From positions 1 to 52,687 of the IMG/VR virus record IMGVR_UViG_3300033067_001777: 52,687 nt of DNA; one strand, written 5' to 3'. Shown in pieces: positions 18,484 to 30,400 of this stretch. The position numbers and the translations under genes were made by a program. The DNA is from a virus (taxonomy: Duplodnaviria; Caudoviricetes). Under the pieces are notes generated by a model. The model made no database searches. It was not told where the DNA came from and saw only the letters and a program-made list of their open reading frames with translations. Each line of letters starts with the position of its first letter. The stretch's first letter is position 1.

Positions 18484-19258
18484 CGGGTTGCTTGGCTTCG
18501 AGCGTGTTGAGGTGCTGGCGCATGAAGGCGCGGGCCTTTGGCGAATTGCGCAACATCTTGTCCATGTCTTCCCATGAGCGTTTCACCGGTTCTTTGGTGT
18601 CGGGGCGCTCCTTGGCTTTACCTTCGTTCATCTCAACCACGAAGCGGATTCCCTTCTCGCGCGCCATCCAGTCGGGCACATCGACGGTCTCGCGCTCGCC
18701 GGAGTCGAGGTTCTGGAGCGAGACGGGTTTCATGGCGTTCAGCAGGTCGTCGAGCTTCTGGACAATGATCGAAGGTGTGAACTTGGAAAGCATCTCGCGT
18801 TTGAATTCGAGGTGGAAGTCGGGCGTTGGTTCCCGGTTCCCGGTTTCCGGTTCCTGGTTGCCGTCTTGCGGTGTCGGTGGTGGTTCGGCCGTGGCGTGGC
18901 GTGCCCCTGTCGCTTTAGCAGCACATTTGACCTCGGTGACAAACTCGGCGGCGGCTTTCTCGGCCTTCGTGGGCTTGGTGGATCTCGGCAGGAGGCCGCC
19001 GGTGGCGTCCTCGCCTTTTGCTGCGGCACGGGTAAACTCACGGGCCTGCTTCAAATCATCGAAGGGCCAGAGGCAGTTTTGGGACGGGCGGTGGACAAGA
19101 ATGTAGCGGCCCGTGGTGCTGATGGGTTCGGTGATGCCGAGCTGCGCGCCCTTGTTCCGGTCGTAGAGTACGACCCATCCGCCGCATGGTGCGTTGCAGT
19201 TCAGGGCGCAGACGATGCCGGCCTCCGTCTTCGCGCCGGGGTAGTTGTTGCGGGCCAT
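18452..19258 (-). CDS. probable terminase small subunit
   Basis: Directly upstream of terL; IVQKLDDLLNA...VPDWMAREKG helical C-terminal region. Confidence 0.5.
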   Translation of the reverse strand: MARNNYPGAKTEAGIVCALNCNAPCGGWVVLYDRNKGAQLGITEPISTTGRYILVHRPSQNCLWPFDDLKQAREFTRAAAKGEDATGGLLPRSTKPTKAEKAAAEFVTEVKCAAKATGARHATAEPPPTPQDGNQEPETGNREPTPDFHLEFKREMLSKFTPSIIVQKLDDLLNAMKPVSLQNLDSGERETVDVPDWMAREKGIRFVVEMNEGKAKERPDTKEPVKRSWEDMDKMLRNSPKARAFMRQHLNTLEAKQPDANSAAKTKA

Positions 19259-19323
19259 GATTTGTTCCTTTCCTTTAAGGTTCATCATATAAACAATTGT
19301 CAAGGTTAACAACTGCATTCATA

Positions 19324-21612
19324 ATGACCGGCAAAATGGCCGGCGGAAATCTCACATCGCAGATTCAGAGCTTGCTGCCACGGCTGCCGCCGCCCCGTGG
19401 CCGGCGTGGCGACGAACTCATGGTCGTGGTGCCCAGCGCCGCGACGGCGAACATGACGCGCGAGACCGAGGACCGGCTCATGGCGCACCTGCGCAGGCGC
19501 AAGGATGACATGTCCTCACAACAGGGACGGCTGGATTACGGAGCCGCCGGATGGCTGAGCAATAACAACACGGGCGCAGTGCGACAGCAGGCGAGGTCGT
19601 TCATGGGAAAGCAGTACCTCTGCCACCAGATTTTTCAGGGAAACTACGATTGGAGGCCGGCGCTGATGGGCGGCATCTACGTTGACAGCAATCTGCATTT
19701 CCCGCTCACCCGGCGCATCCTGCTGCAACAAATAGCGCGGGCGATTGCGTCCTTCACGGGCAGCGATCCGTGGTTCACGGCGTATGATGTGAACATCAGC
19801 GACACCGATCTGGCCGACAAGGTGGAGCGGTGGATGCGGTTCGAGGGCGATCAATCGAAGCTGACCGATGTGGTGAATCAGGCGATTCGTCTGGCCTTCA
19901 TCCAGGGTCAGCAGGTGGTGGAGACGCTGCATGAGAGCGTGTTTGATTTCTACAAGACGTACGCCAACGTGGCAGTGGATGCCAAAGGTGTGCCGTTGGC
20001 GGCGAAAGATGGCGATTACATTTACGACAGCGACCTTTTCATTCCGTACTCGCAGACGGATGCGGGCAAGCTGGCGATGATGCAGGCACAAGAGGCGGCA
20101 GCCGCCGGGGAGCCCGCGCTGCCACCGCCGAATGATCTGGTGCTGAAACGCGATGGCGCGACTCCGAAGCCTTCGGTGATGAATTTTGCGCGCAAACTGA
20201 TCGACAAGCGCATCGAACACAAACAGGGAGCGAAGTCGTCTTGCATTCACTACCTCGATTTTCTCGCGCCGTTGACGGTCGATGACCTGGACACGGCCGA
20301 CACGATTTTCCGCTTTTACAATGAGCCGGTGTTTTCGCTGGTGGGCAAGCTGCTCGACATGGACTGGAAGGGCACGGGCGTGGCACCGGCGGAGCAGCTC
20401 GAACGCATTAGCGAGGCCGTGCATCGGCTCATCGGCGTGGCCGGCGGTGATCGGCTGAGCGGAGCAAATCAGTCGCGTGACGAGCTGATGGAGGCGCAGA
20501 ACTCGCAGGGTGTCGATACCTTTGAACCGCTTGGAGCGTTTGCCCGCGCTTACACCTTCTTTGACATCGATGGTGATGGCCGCTCGGAGAATCTGATGAT
20601 CATCACCGATGACCAGATGCAGGTTCCGATTTACATCGATTATCTGGCTAACGTGACCTGGAATGGCCGTCGCAATCTGAACTCGGTGCGGGTGAATCCG
20701 GTGGCGAACCGGTGGCATGGGCAGAGTCAGGTGGAAGTCTTTGGGCAACTCCAAGACATGATCGATCTCGGCGTGAACCGAGCCAACTTTTCGCAGATGT
20801 CGAGTGGCTGGATCGACTTCGTGAAATGGAACAAGCTGGACATGCCGCCGGGTGCGAAGTTGGAACTCAACGGCGGCACGCTCAATCGGGTGCGCGACGA
20901 TGCGCAGATGGAAGACGTTTACCACCGCGTGCAACTCTACAACACGAAGTACGCCGATATCCGCGACTTCATCGAGCTGCTGATTCAAATTGCCGTGAAT
21001 ATGAGCGGCGTGGCGAGCGCGAACGACAGCCGCATGGCGAACCTCGACACCGGAGAACTGGCGACTGGGATCAAAAACATCGAGAACAGCGGCGATGAAT
21101 TGTTTGGCGTGTTCATCGTCGATCTCAAGGCCGGCGTGGAGGACATCATCAAGAACTTCGGACAGACCAGCGTGCTGCACATGGACAAGGCGCGGGCGTT
21201 CAAATACTTTGAAGGCGAACTCGGCAGGCTGGCGACGATCACACCGGAAGAAGTGCGTGATTTGAAGCTGGACGTGAATCTCGCCCTGGCGCGTGCTCGC
21301 AACATGCAGGACGCTCAGGCAGGCATGGCGGCCTGGGCGGTGGGCAAGGAATTTTACACGCTGCTGCCGCCCGAGGTGCAGCAACGGCTCATGCCGCTGG
21401 CTCGCCGACTGATGAAGGCATATCAGCAGAAAGATGCGGACGAGATCATTCAGGCCATGCAGCCGGCGATGATTGATCCTGCCACCGGTCAGCCCGTGGC
21501 GGGTGCGCCTGTGAATGGAACGGAATCCGCCGCGCCTCTGGCTGCATCCGCTCCGCCGCTTTACGCGCTGCCACCTCCGGCACAGCCACAAAATCAACCT
21601 CTCGCGGCATGA
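19324..21612 (+). CDS. portal protein
   Basis: FDIDGDGRSE, RWHGQSQVEVFGQLQDMID and ATGIKNIE motifs of P22/N4-type portals; about 760 aa. Confidence 0.8.
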   Translation: MTGKMAGGNLTSQIQSLLPRLPPPRGRRGDELMVVVPSAATANMTRETEDRLMAHLRRRKDDMSSQQGRLDYGAAGWLSNNNTGAVRQQARSFMGKQYLCHQIFQGNYDWRPALMGGIYVDSNLHFPLTRRILLQQIARAIASFTGSDPWFTAYDVNISDTDLADKVERWMRFEGDQSKLTDVVNQAIRLAFIQGQQVVETLHESVFDFYKTYANVAVDAKGVPLAAKDGDYIYDSDLFIPYSQTDAGKLAMMQAQEAAAAGEPALPPPNDLVLKRDGATPKPSVMNFARKLIDKRIEHKQGAKSSCIHYLDFLAPLTVDDLDTADTIFRFYNEPVFSLVGKLLDMDWKGTGVAPAEQLERISEAVHRLIGVAGGDRLSGANQSRDELMEAQNSQGVDTFEPLGAFARAYTFFDIDGDGRSENLMIITDDQMQVPIYIDYLANVTWNGRRNLNSVRVNPVANRWHGQSQVEVFGQLQDMIDLGVNRANFSQMSSGWIDFVKWNKLDMPPGAKLELNGGTLNRVRDDAQMEDVYHRVQLYNTKYADIRDFIELLIQIAVNMSGVASANDSRMANLDTGELATGIKNIENSGDELFGVFIVDLKAGVEDIIKNFGQTSVLHMDKARAFKYFEGELGRLATITPEEVRDLKLDVNLALARARNMQDAQAGMAAWAVGKEFYTLLPPEVQQRLMPLARRLMKAYQQKDADEIIQAMQPAMIDPATGQPVAGAPVNGTESAAPLAASAPPLYALPPPAQPQNQPLAA

Positions 21613-22094
21613 GTATAGGTATTCCACCACCTCCACCTGCAAACACCGCACGCGGTCCCGACATGGCGGCGTGTCAGGCGGCGTATGAGACTCTGGATGC
21701 GCTGCGGAAGCTGTCGTCGTTCAAGCCGTTCACCGGCTGGTTTGCGGGTCGGGTGATGCAAAGCGTACGCAAGCTGGAGGCGGAGATACTCAGCGGCGAG
21801 ATCAGCGCGGAGGAAGTGATGAAAAAGCGTGTGCAGCGCGCGGCGGTGCTCGATGTGCTGGAGATGCTCAAGCGCGAGCACTCGGCTGCGCAGTCGGTGC
21901 TGGATCAAATGCAAAAGCAGGAGGCCGTCGCGAAGCAGATGCGCGCGGTGCCGCCGTCATTGGACGAGATGCCCGTGCCCGATCTCGCAGCCGCGACGGA
22001 AGTGACCGTTGCTGGTCTGACGGATGAATTCGCGAAACAGTTTTCGATCTGGGGAGCCAGGGACAGCGAAACCCAAACCACCATACCGTCATGA
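21609..22094 (+). CDS. hypothetical protein
   Basis: Helical ORF coupled to the portal stop. Confidence 0.6.
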   Translation: MSIGIPPPPPANTARGPDMAACQAAYETLDALRKLSSFKPFTGWFAGRVMQSVRKLEAEILSGEISAEEVMKKRVQRAAVLDVLEMLKREHSAAQSVLDQMQKQEAVAKQMRAVPPSLDEMPVPDLAAATEVTVAGLTDEFAKQFSIWGARDSETQTTIPS

Positions 22095-23134
22095 CGAATC
22101 AATACGATCAGCCAATGACGCCGCTGCCGCCGCCCCGTGCTGGCGTCTCGAAGCACAAGATCATTGCCCGGCCGACGCATACGTTGTCGCAGTACGGCTT
22201 TTCCGAGAGCAGCCTGGGCAAGCCGATGGTGGGGCCGGAGATGGGCAATGATTACCGCCGCGCCAATGGTCTGCCCATCAATGGCGGGTTGCAAGGTCTG
22301 CGGGAGATGCAGCAAAAGACACCGACGAATCAGACGAATCCGGGCGATGGCAGCATGGAGCGGTTCGTGGAGCATTACATCACGTCGAATGGGGGTGATC
22401 CGAAGAATCCAGAGCACGATAAGATGGCGCGGGCACAGTATTTCCTTTTGCCGTCGCAGGAACGGGCCAAGTGGGCTACGCCAGCAACAGCTGGCACGGA
22501 AGGCGGAAGGGTTACGCCATCCGCTACTTCGGCACCGGCGAGCGCGAATTCGTCGGGCCAAGTCACGAGTGGGCTGGTCGCGCCGAGTGGTTCCAAGTAT
22601 CCGGCATTTTTTCAACAGCCAGCAACGCCGACGTTGAAGGCTCCAGCTCCTCCTGCCAATGCCGAGGGCGCACTCATGGCGCAAGGTCTGCAAATGCAGC
22701 AGCGCGGACTCAAGGAGATGGGTCCGAACACTCGCACCTTCAAAAGCGGTGCAACGATCACCCAGACCGCGCCGGGAGTGAATCAGCCCGCCGTGTTGCA
22801 GTCGCCGTATGGTACTGGGAGTGTGACGTTCAAGCCAGCGCCAGTGCCGCAGGTCTCGGGCCAGATGCCACCTCCGGTACTGACGCCGCCCTCGCCGTCC
22901 TACGCTGCACCGATTGGGACAACCGGCGCACTCAGACCGATGCCGAGGCTTCCCACCGGCAACATTGAGCTGAGTGACCAGCAGAAGCAGGACAACAACG
23001 CGCTCGCCAACACCATCAAGGGCCGACCGTTGAATGGAATGAAATCGCCGCTGCCGGGTTCCGAAGTGCGGGCCAATCTCGCACCCGTAAAACTTCCCCT
23101 CGTGCCACTCGTGAACAAACTCGCCTCCCAATGA
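22091..23134 (+). CDS. Pro/Gln/Ala-rich hypothetical protein (possible internal virion protein)
   Basis: 347-aa ORF with ATGA overlaps at both ends. Confidence 0.55.
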   Translation: MTNQYDQPMTPLPPPRAGVSKHKIIARPTHTLSQYGFSESSLGKPMVGPEMGNDYRRANGLPINGGLQGLREMQQKTPTNQTNPGDGSMERFVEHYITSNGGDPKNPEHDKMARAQYFLLPSQERAKWATPATAGTEGGRVTPSATSAPASANSSGQVTSGLVAPSGSKYPAFFQQPATPTLKAPAPPANAEGALMAQGLQMQQRGLKEMGPNTRTFKSGATITQTAPGVNQPAVLQSPYGTGSVTFKPAPVPQVSGQMPPPVLTPPSPSYAAPIGTTGALRPMPRLPTGNIELSDQQKQDNNALANTIKGRPLNGMKSPLPGSEVRANLAPVKLPLVPLVNKLASQ

Positions 23135-23574
23135 GCTGGAACTTCTGGAAGCCCAAACCGGCGCGTGTGGTGGTGAGTGCCAATGAGATCGGCACGGCCA
23201 TCACCGGTGCGCTGCATGGTATGCTGACCTGCACGCCACGGCTGGCGGATGATTTCTACACGCTCACCACGCAGGATGAGGTGAAGCGCATCGCGTGCAA
23301 GGCATGGGAGCCGTGGGTGGCACAGACAGATGATTGCGACGATCAAGCCTTTGCCGTGAAGCATTACGCAAATCGCGAGGCATACGATCTCGGGCTCAAG
23401 CATCCGCTGGCGCTCGGCTTCATGTGGAGCGCGGGCGACAAGGCACACGCCTACACCCTGGCCGTCTGCACCGATGCCCATGCGCTGCTGGCGGTGCATG
23501 TCTATAACCAGACCAGCGGCTTCTGGGAGGCGGTGAGCACGCTCGACAAACCCATCACGCTCATTGTTGTATGA
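23131..23574 (+). CDS. papain-like/MOA-C-terminal-like cysteine peptidase candidate
   Basis: DDCDDQA...HAY motif pair. Confidence 0.45.
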   Translation: MSWNFWKPKPARVVVSANEIGTAITGALHGMLTCTPRLADDFYTLTTQDEVKRIACKAWEPWVAQTDDCDDQAFAVKHYANREAYDLGLKHPLALGFMWSAGDKAHAYTLAVCTDAHALLAVHVYNQTSGFWEAVSTLDKPITLIVV

Positions 23575-24455
23575 TCCACGTCCTCTATCACAATCACTGC
23601 GCCGATGGTTTCCTCTCGCGCGTCATCGCCCAACGGAAGCTGGGTTTTGCGGTGAAGTTTCACGCCGTCAATTACAAGGAGCCGGTGCCGGCGGCGGTGC
23701 TCAATGATTTGAATGCGGAGGTGTTCATTCTGGATTTCAGCTATCCGCGCCATGATATGGAGAACATCCAGCGGAAGGCGTTGAGCGTCGTGTGCCTCGA
23801 TCATCACAAAACGGCGCAGGCTGATCTTGAGGGGCTGGACTTCTGCACCTTCGACATGACGAAGAGCGGGGCGATGCTGGCATGGGAGCATTTCAATCCG
23901 GGCGTGCCAGCGCCAGAGATCGTGAAGTATGTGCAGAATCGTGACCTGGGATTTCCGTGGAGCGATCCCGAGAAGGCGCTGCCTGATTGTCTTGAAATTC
24001 ACGCGGGGCTGTTTCGCGCGATGCCACGCACCTATGATGCCTGGAGTGAGCTTCTGGATCAGAAGGATTTGACCGATCTTGCTTTGAATGGTGAAAAAAT
24101 GATGAATCTGGACCGGCGCATCTTTTCGACAGTGGCGCAGACTCCGATTTGGATTGAAATAGGCGGTCACAAGGTGCCAGCCGCGCAGTTGAGCCACGAG
24201 TATATCTCCGATGCGTGCAATGCGATGCTGAACGTCTGGCAGGATGCGCCGTTTGCGGCAGCGTGGTTTGTGTCGTCCACGAGCGGACAGGTCACTTACA
24301 GCCTGCGTTCCCGCAAAGGCGGCTTTGATGTGAGTGCGCTCGCCAAGTCATTCGGCGGTGGCGGACATGCTCAAGCTGCTGGCTTTTCAAGCAATGAACC
24401 ACCGCAGTTTGTTGAATCCAAATGGCTGAATGACACTAACGGCTGCTCCGAATGA
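23571..24455 (+). CDS. DHH/DHHA1-family phosphoesterase
   Basis: YHNHCADG, ILDFSY, LDHHKTA, SLRSR, DVSALAKSFGGGGHAQAAGF. Confidence 0.92.
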   Translation: MIHVLYHNHCADGFLSRVIAQRKLGFAVKFHAVNYKEPVPAAVLNDLNAEVFILDFSYPRHDMENIQRKALSVVCLDHHKTAQADLEGLDFCTFDMTKSGAMLAWEHFNPGVPAPEIVKYVQNRDLGFPWSDPEKALPDCLEIHAGLFRAMPRTYDAWSELLDQKDLTDLALNGEKMMNLDRRIFSTVAQTPIWIEIGGHKVPAAQLSHEYISDACNAMLNVWQDAPFAAAWFVSSTSGQVTYSLRSRKGGFDVSALAKSFGGGGHAQAAGFSSNEPPQFVESKWLNDTNGCSE

Positions 24456-24461
24456 TTTCCC

Positions 24462-27400
24462 ATGCTTCCACCACCCCCACCTTCCCGCCGTCCACCTGGA
24501 ACACCGGTTCAGCCGCCGACACTGAGAGCGCCGAGGATGGGGGCGGAGCCGGCGCAGCCGATGGCTGACCTCGATCCGCGCAAGTTCACGACACCGGCTT
24601 TTCGGCAGGCGTTTGCCGGTCAAATCCGGGACATGGACGCGGCGGACAATGGCGCGCAGAGAGATCAGGCGCGCGCCGAGAAAGCGGCCGAGGCTGAGAA
24701 GGTGCGGCAGCACAATCTGATGGTGAAACCGCAGTACGCGGCGGAGAATCGACCGACGTTCATCGATGCCGATCACTACATCCGCCCGAAGCACGATGAT
24801 GCGACGTGGCAGCAGATGCAGGCCGCGAAGCAAGCGAAGGATGCGCTCGGAGCTTCGAACAAGCAGGTGATGTCTGAACTGTCGGTCCAAGGTCGGAAGC
24901 ATTTTGTCAATCCGGCCACCGGTGCCGTGGAGCCGACGGAGAGCGAGGATGCGTTTCAGGCACGGCAGGCTGCCGAGACGGCGGCGGCCGCTGAGAAAGC
25001 CCGTGTAACAGGCTTGTCCCATCAAATCCAGTCGCTTGGTGCCGAGGCGGAGCTGAACCGGCCCGGCATGACGGACAAGCAGCGCGAGAAGGCCGGCGAG
25101 GCGCTGGCACGCGCTCATCGTGATGCTGTGGCGACAAAGGCGATCCCGGCGCTTTCCGCGAAGGTTCAAGAGTTGGACAAAGGTTCAAAAGGTTCCACAT
25201 GGAACCCTTTCGACAACGATCCGGCAAAAGCTCAGGAGGCGGAGACGGCGCGCGCGCATCTGAACGATCTCAACGACCGGCTCATGAAGGCCGGAGATAA
25301 AGGCACGGTCGATCTCACGTCCGAAGACGAGAGTCTGCTGGATGCACCGACACTCACGGCACTGAAGACGGCGCGCGAGAATCTGGCAAAGCATGACGAG
25401 GTGTCGCAGGCACACACGGCGCTGGTCGATCAACAGCGCGATTTGAAGCTCCGTCTGGCTGATCCGCAGAAATGGGAGGCTCTGCAAATGCAGAAGCTCG
25501 GCACGCTGCCGCCCGATCAACTGGACGCGGAGATTGAGCGCCGGAAGTCGTTGCTCGAAGAACGCGGGGTCGCCATTCACGAGAAAGCCGCCGGGCATGA
25601 GGCTCTGGTTGCGCAACACGAAAAGCAGCTCGCCGATATTGAGCAGGAGAACAAGGACATCCTCAATAAAGGGGTCACGGCTGGCGATCTGATGACGGTT
25701 GCGAAGCCGGACGGCACTACGGAAGACTGGCATCGTGGCGTGGCCGCGAAGTATTTCCGCACTCTCCAGGATGCCGGCGAGATCGACAAACAGGCGAAGG
25801 AACTCCGGCCCGTGCTTCAGTCCGATGCGGGCGATTACGAGCAGGAGCGGCGCATTCTGAATGCGGCCATCGAACGCAAGAACGGTGTAGCGGAGCAGCA
25901 AAAGCAGGATTTTCTCGGCACCCTGCGCGCCGATCCATCCACGGCACCACACGCCGATGCGCTGGAGGCACTGGATGCGGATGCGAAGATCCGCGCGGGC
26001 GATCTCGATACGATGTACACGCCCGGCAGTCCTGAGCACACGGCGGCGATGCAGGCGCTTCAGGAGGACGTGCAAAAGAATCGCGAGGGCATCCTTCAAT
26101 CCGCCGGTGCCACCAAGCAGGCCAAACACGAAGCCGGTGCGCAGCTCTATCAGCAACTCAAGGATTTCAATCCTGAAATCGACTGGACCAAGCCCGAGGG
26201 CGGTCAGAACGACATCCCGCAACAGATGATTCAGCGCAAGGCTCAGGAACTCGGTCTCAGCCCCGAGGAAGCCACGCGGTCACTCCAACTGCAAAAGGCC
26301 GCTGACTGGACCGTGCCGCATGAGCAGGGTATTCTCGAAAAGGTGGGCATCGGCGTGCCGAATCCCTTTGCCGTGCTGCCGTGGATTCGCGGTGACAAGG
26401 CCACCGCTGAGAGAACGATGGTGGCGACCCCGACCCTCGACGATCTCACGCTGCATTTTTTCCGCAAGGAAGACGTGGCACCGGAGCAGTATCGTGTGCT
26501 GCCAAATGGTGTGCTGTCGGTGAATCCGGCGCTCACGTTCACGCCCGATGCCTTCAAGAAGGCGGTCGATGCGAGTCCGGCGACACCGGAGGCCAAGGCG
26601 CAAGCGCTCGCTCAACGCGAGCAGATGGCACTGGAAGGCGGCAAGAATGCGCTGCCGATTCTCGAAACCACCAGCGAATATCCCGCGTGGATCGCCGCGC
26701 AGACGAAGAAAGACGCCTCGCTCGCCACCCTGCCACCCGAAGCACAGGCCGCGAAGTTTCTGGAACAACGCGATCAACGCGCATGGGCGGGCAAGCTGGG
26801 TGATCAGCTCCGCGTCGGCGTGGGCAATGCGATCCTTGGCCTGGCTCAAACGGTCACAGGCACCGCTTTGCTCGCCACCGGCTCCGACACCGCGCGCGAT
26901 CTCACGCTGGCGCTGGATGCCAAGCGGCAAAAGAATGCGCAGCAGCTTGATGTGATCGGCAGTTCCTCCGACCGTGTGCTGCGCACCATCGGCAGTCTGA
27001 CTGACAACGCTCTGCAAATGGTGGGCACGCTCGGCGCGGGTGCCTTTGCGGGCAAGATGGCGCGGTTCGGATCGAAGCTGGCGACGGCCGCCAAGGCTGC
27101 GGGCACGATGGAAGAATTCAGTCACGGCATGGCCGCGCTCGGCAAACTCGAAGCGCAGGGATTCACCACCGCGAGTGCGAAGCTGGTGGAACGCGCGCAG
27201 ATGGCCGGCAGCGGCATCGGCGAGGGATTGCAGGCGGCGAGTCAGATGTACCCGGAGGCGTTCACGGCCTACAAGAAGCAATACGTCGAGCAGGGCATGA
27301 GCGACAAAGACGCCACGGCAGCCGCTCACAAAAGCGCGCTGCTGCCGGTGCTGACGAGTGCCTTCACCACGAGCGTCATCGGCTACCTGGGCGGTGCCAG

Positions 27401-30400
27401 TGGTGCGGAGGTGCTGCTCAAGAAGGGCGGCATCGAGGGCGCGAAGAAAGGCTTTCTCAACATCGTCAAAGGTCTGGGCAAAGAGTCGCTGTCGGAAGGT
27501 GCTGAAGAACTGTGGCAGACGTTGGCCGATGAATTCAACGCGCAGGCGAACTATGATCCGAACCGCACCGTCGGCGCAATGGCCGGGAGCGTGGTGGAGT
27601 CTGCGTTCCTCGGTGCTCTGATGGGTGGCGGCTTCGCCGGCGTGCATGAGGCGCTGAATCACATGGCCGCGCAAAAGACGGACGATCAGGCGCGGGTGAA
27701 TGCGACGGATGTGCATCGTCGGCACGAGATCGTGGCGGCTGCGAAGGCTGGGATTGAGTCTTTGGTCGAGACTCCTGACTCACCGGTGACCAAGGCCAAT
27801 GCGGCGTCGGTGCTGCGCATAGCGCAGGGCGAGGACATCAACAAGTTTGCGAGTGGCGATCTCGCTGCGCTCGGGCTGGATCGTGTGGACGGGAAGATCG
27901 TGCCGCTCAAGGGCTACGAGGGGCCGCAGATCGTGGAGTTTGCCGACAAGGAACACACGCAGCCAATCATCCGGCAGGTATACATCGATGCGCTCGATGA
28001 GCACGCTCCGGCGGTGCATACGGCCATCGGCTTGGATGAGGTGGATGCGCGGGAGATGTGGGCCGAGAAAGCGGCGGCAAGCAAAGACGGCGGGCTTACG
28101 CCAGCCGCTACAACAATTCCGGCAGGGGTGGCCGGGGCGACCGTTGCTGGCGCTGAAACATCCCCGCCTCATGTGACCGGCACGTCTGCGCCGGACCTGT
28201 CCGGGGTGAAAGTTGCGGGGGTGTCTTCATCCGTCGCGCCCGGCGGCGGCCCTGCGTCGGAAGGCGCGGCGGGGCAGATGACCGGGCAACAATCCAGTAA
28301 GTCAGTGGTCAGTGGGTCAGTGAATCAGTCAGAGCCACCAAAGGGGAATTCTCCGGCGCGGCGTGCTTGGGAGGTGGCGAACCATCTCGAAGATCGCGGG
28401 TTGCCTCGTGAGGTGGCGCAAAAGGCGGCTGGTCAGCTCGTGAGCAAGGCCGGCGTCGTGGGGAACACGGTCAACGATCAAATCGCCGATGCTTCGTTTG
28501 TTTCGACGCTGAAGGGTCTCGGTCTGAAATCATTTTCCAAGGGGCGCTGGCAGGCACCCGACAATTTCACCGGCACCACAACGGCGTCCGGTGCAAAACC
28601 AAACCAAACCGGGAGTAATACCACCGATGAAAACACAGTACGAAGCCAAAAATGGCAGCAAGGGCAAGGGCAAGGGCGGCAAGTGCTAAGCCAGTCCGTG
28701 GCGACGGACGTTTCACCGTCCGCCGCCATTGCTGACATCAAGCAGGCGGTGGCCGATAAGAAGATGTCTTTCATTGATGCCGCTCGTGCGGTGCTGAAGG
28801 ATTACACCGGTCCCGATGAAGTGGGGCATCTCGTCGCCACGCTGGGCATGAAGACGCAGGCCGCGACGGATGTCGTGGAGGCGATGGGCGGTGGTTTGCC
28901 AGCCTGGAAAGGTGTGGCGCGGCAGACGCAGGGCAAGAGTCCGACACCAAGCAAGGCGGAACTGGATGCGGGTTGGGAGTCGGTGAAGAAAGAGCACGTC
29001 GGCAAGGCAAAAGGCACCAACGCCGTGGTGGGCGATCTCGCGCGCTGGATCAAAGAAGAGTACGGTTTGCCGGCCTCGGAAGCGGCGCGGATCGCGAAAG
29101 AGCATCTATCGGCACCGTTGGGGCGGGCAGCGGGGACAGAACCCTCACCCCAGCCCTCTCCCGTTGGAGAGGGGGCAGTTTCGGCGGATACACTGCCGGA
29201 AGCGAAGAGCGCCGCCGTCGCGGCTCTACCTCGGGGCGAGCGGAAGCGGGCGCGGACGACGTTGAAGGCGCTCGACAAGGCGCTGGCGAAGCAGGGTAAG
29301 GCATTCGAGCAGATCATCGTCGGCGAGGAAGCAACGGCGCGGCTCAAAGGTATGGCGGTGGCGGTGGCGATGAAGGGTGGCAAGGTGACGTTGCTGCTCG
29401 ATGTGCCGGCGTTCATTCAGCAGCACTCCTGGCTGGCGCGGTCGGTCGATGAAGTGACCGACACGATGACGGAGGAGTTTATTCACGCGATTGCGAAACA
29501 TCTGCTCAAGACAGACGCCACCTTCAGTGATGCGAATCTGGCGAAGCTGTGGGAGCGGCTGCCGCAGGATTTGCGCAATGCGGTTTATCAAGCCTACCAC
29601 GCGCGCACCGTCGGCAAGAAGCTGCGTACCTCGGCTCCCGATCTAGACGAAGCCAATGCCGCCGGCATGACGCATGAGTTTTTGCGGATGCTGGTGCAGA
29701 ACAAGGCTTTCCGTGGCCGGGTCACGGAACACAAGGGAATCAATCAAACAGGACTGCTGCCGTGGATCAAGACGCTGCTCTCGAAGCTGGGCGATGCGCT
29801 GGAACACTTCCTCGGCACCGCGCCGAAGTCGGTGCAGTCCGAGGTGGAGCAGTATCGCGCGAAGATTATCGGGGCGATGGCGGACTTTGAAGGCGCTTTT
29901 CAAGCGTCCAAAGAAGAGGAGACGGGGAGATTGGGAGATGGGGAGATTCTGAATAACATCCTTGCCCATCAAAAGCGCGGGCTGCTCACCGCTGAGGAAG
30001 CCGAGGCGGCGAAGATCGCGGCGGAGAAAGAACTCGCTGAAAATGCCAAAGCCAACGCCAGCGATGAGGCACGCGAAACCATCGCCCGGCGGCTCATTGC
30101 GCAGTCCATCGCGGCGCGCATCCTGGATGGTGAATCGAAGGCGGAGATCGCCAAGAAACTCAAGGCCGGCGAGATCACGGCAGACGAGGCTCGTCGGGCA
30201 GAGGTGATGGTGAAGGTGGCGCGCGGTGGTTATCTCTACCAGGAAGACAACTTTGGGAACTGGGGCCTGCGCACGAACTGGCAGGCACCGGGAGAGACGC
30301 AAATCATTGAGATGGGCCTGCTCGGTCTGGAGATTGATCCGAAGGCGCGCACGATCGCGCTCAAAAAGGACGAGGCCGGCGAGTTCATCACCGACGGGGC

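Noticed and set aside
19259-19323. Sigma70 promoter from TTGACA on the minus strand
   Set aside because: No good -10 hexamer at 16-18 bp; the region is probably regulatory but no promoter can be called
19516-21651. 711-aa antisense ORF to the portal
   Set aside because: Shadow ORF in mirror frame
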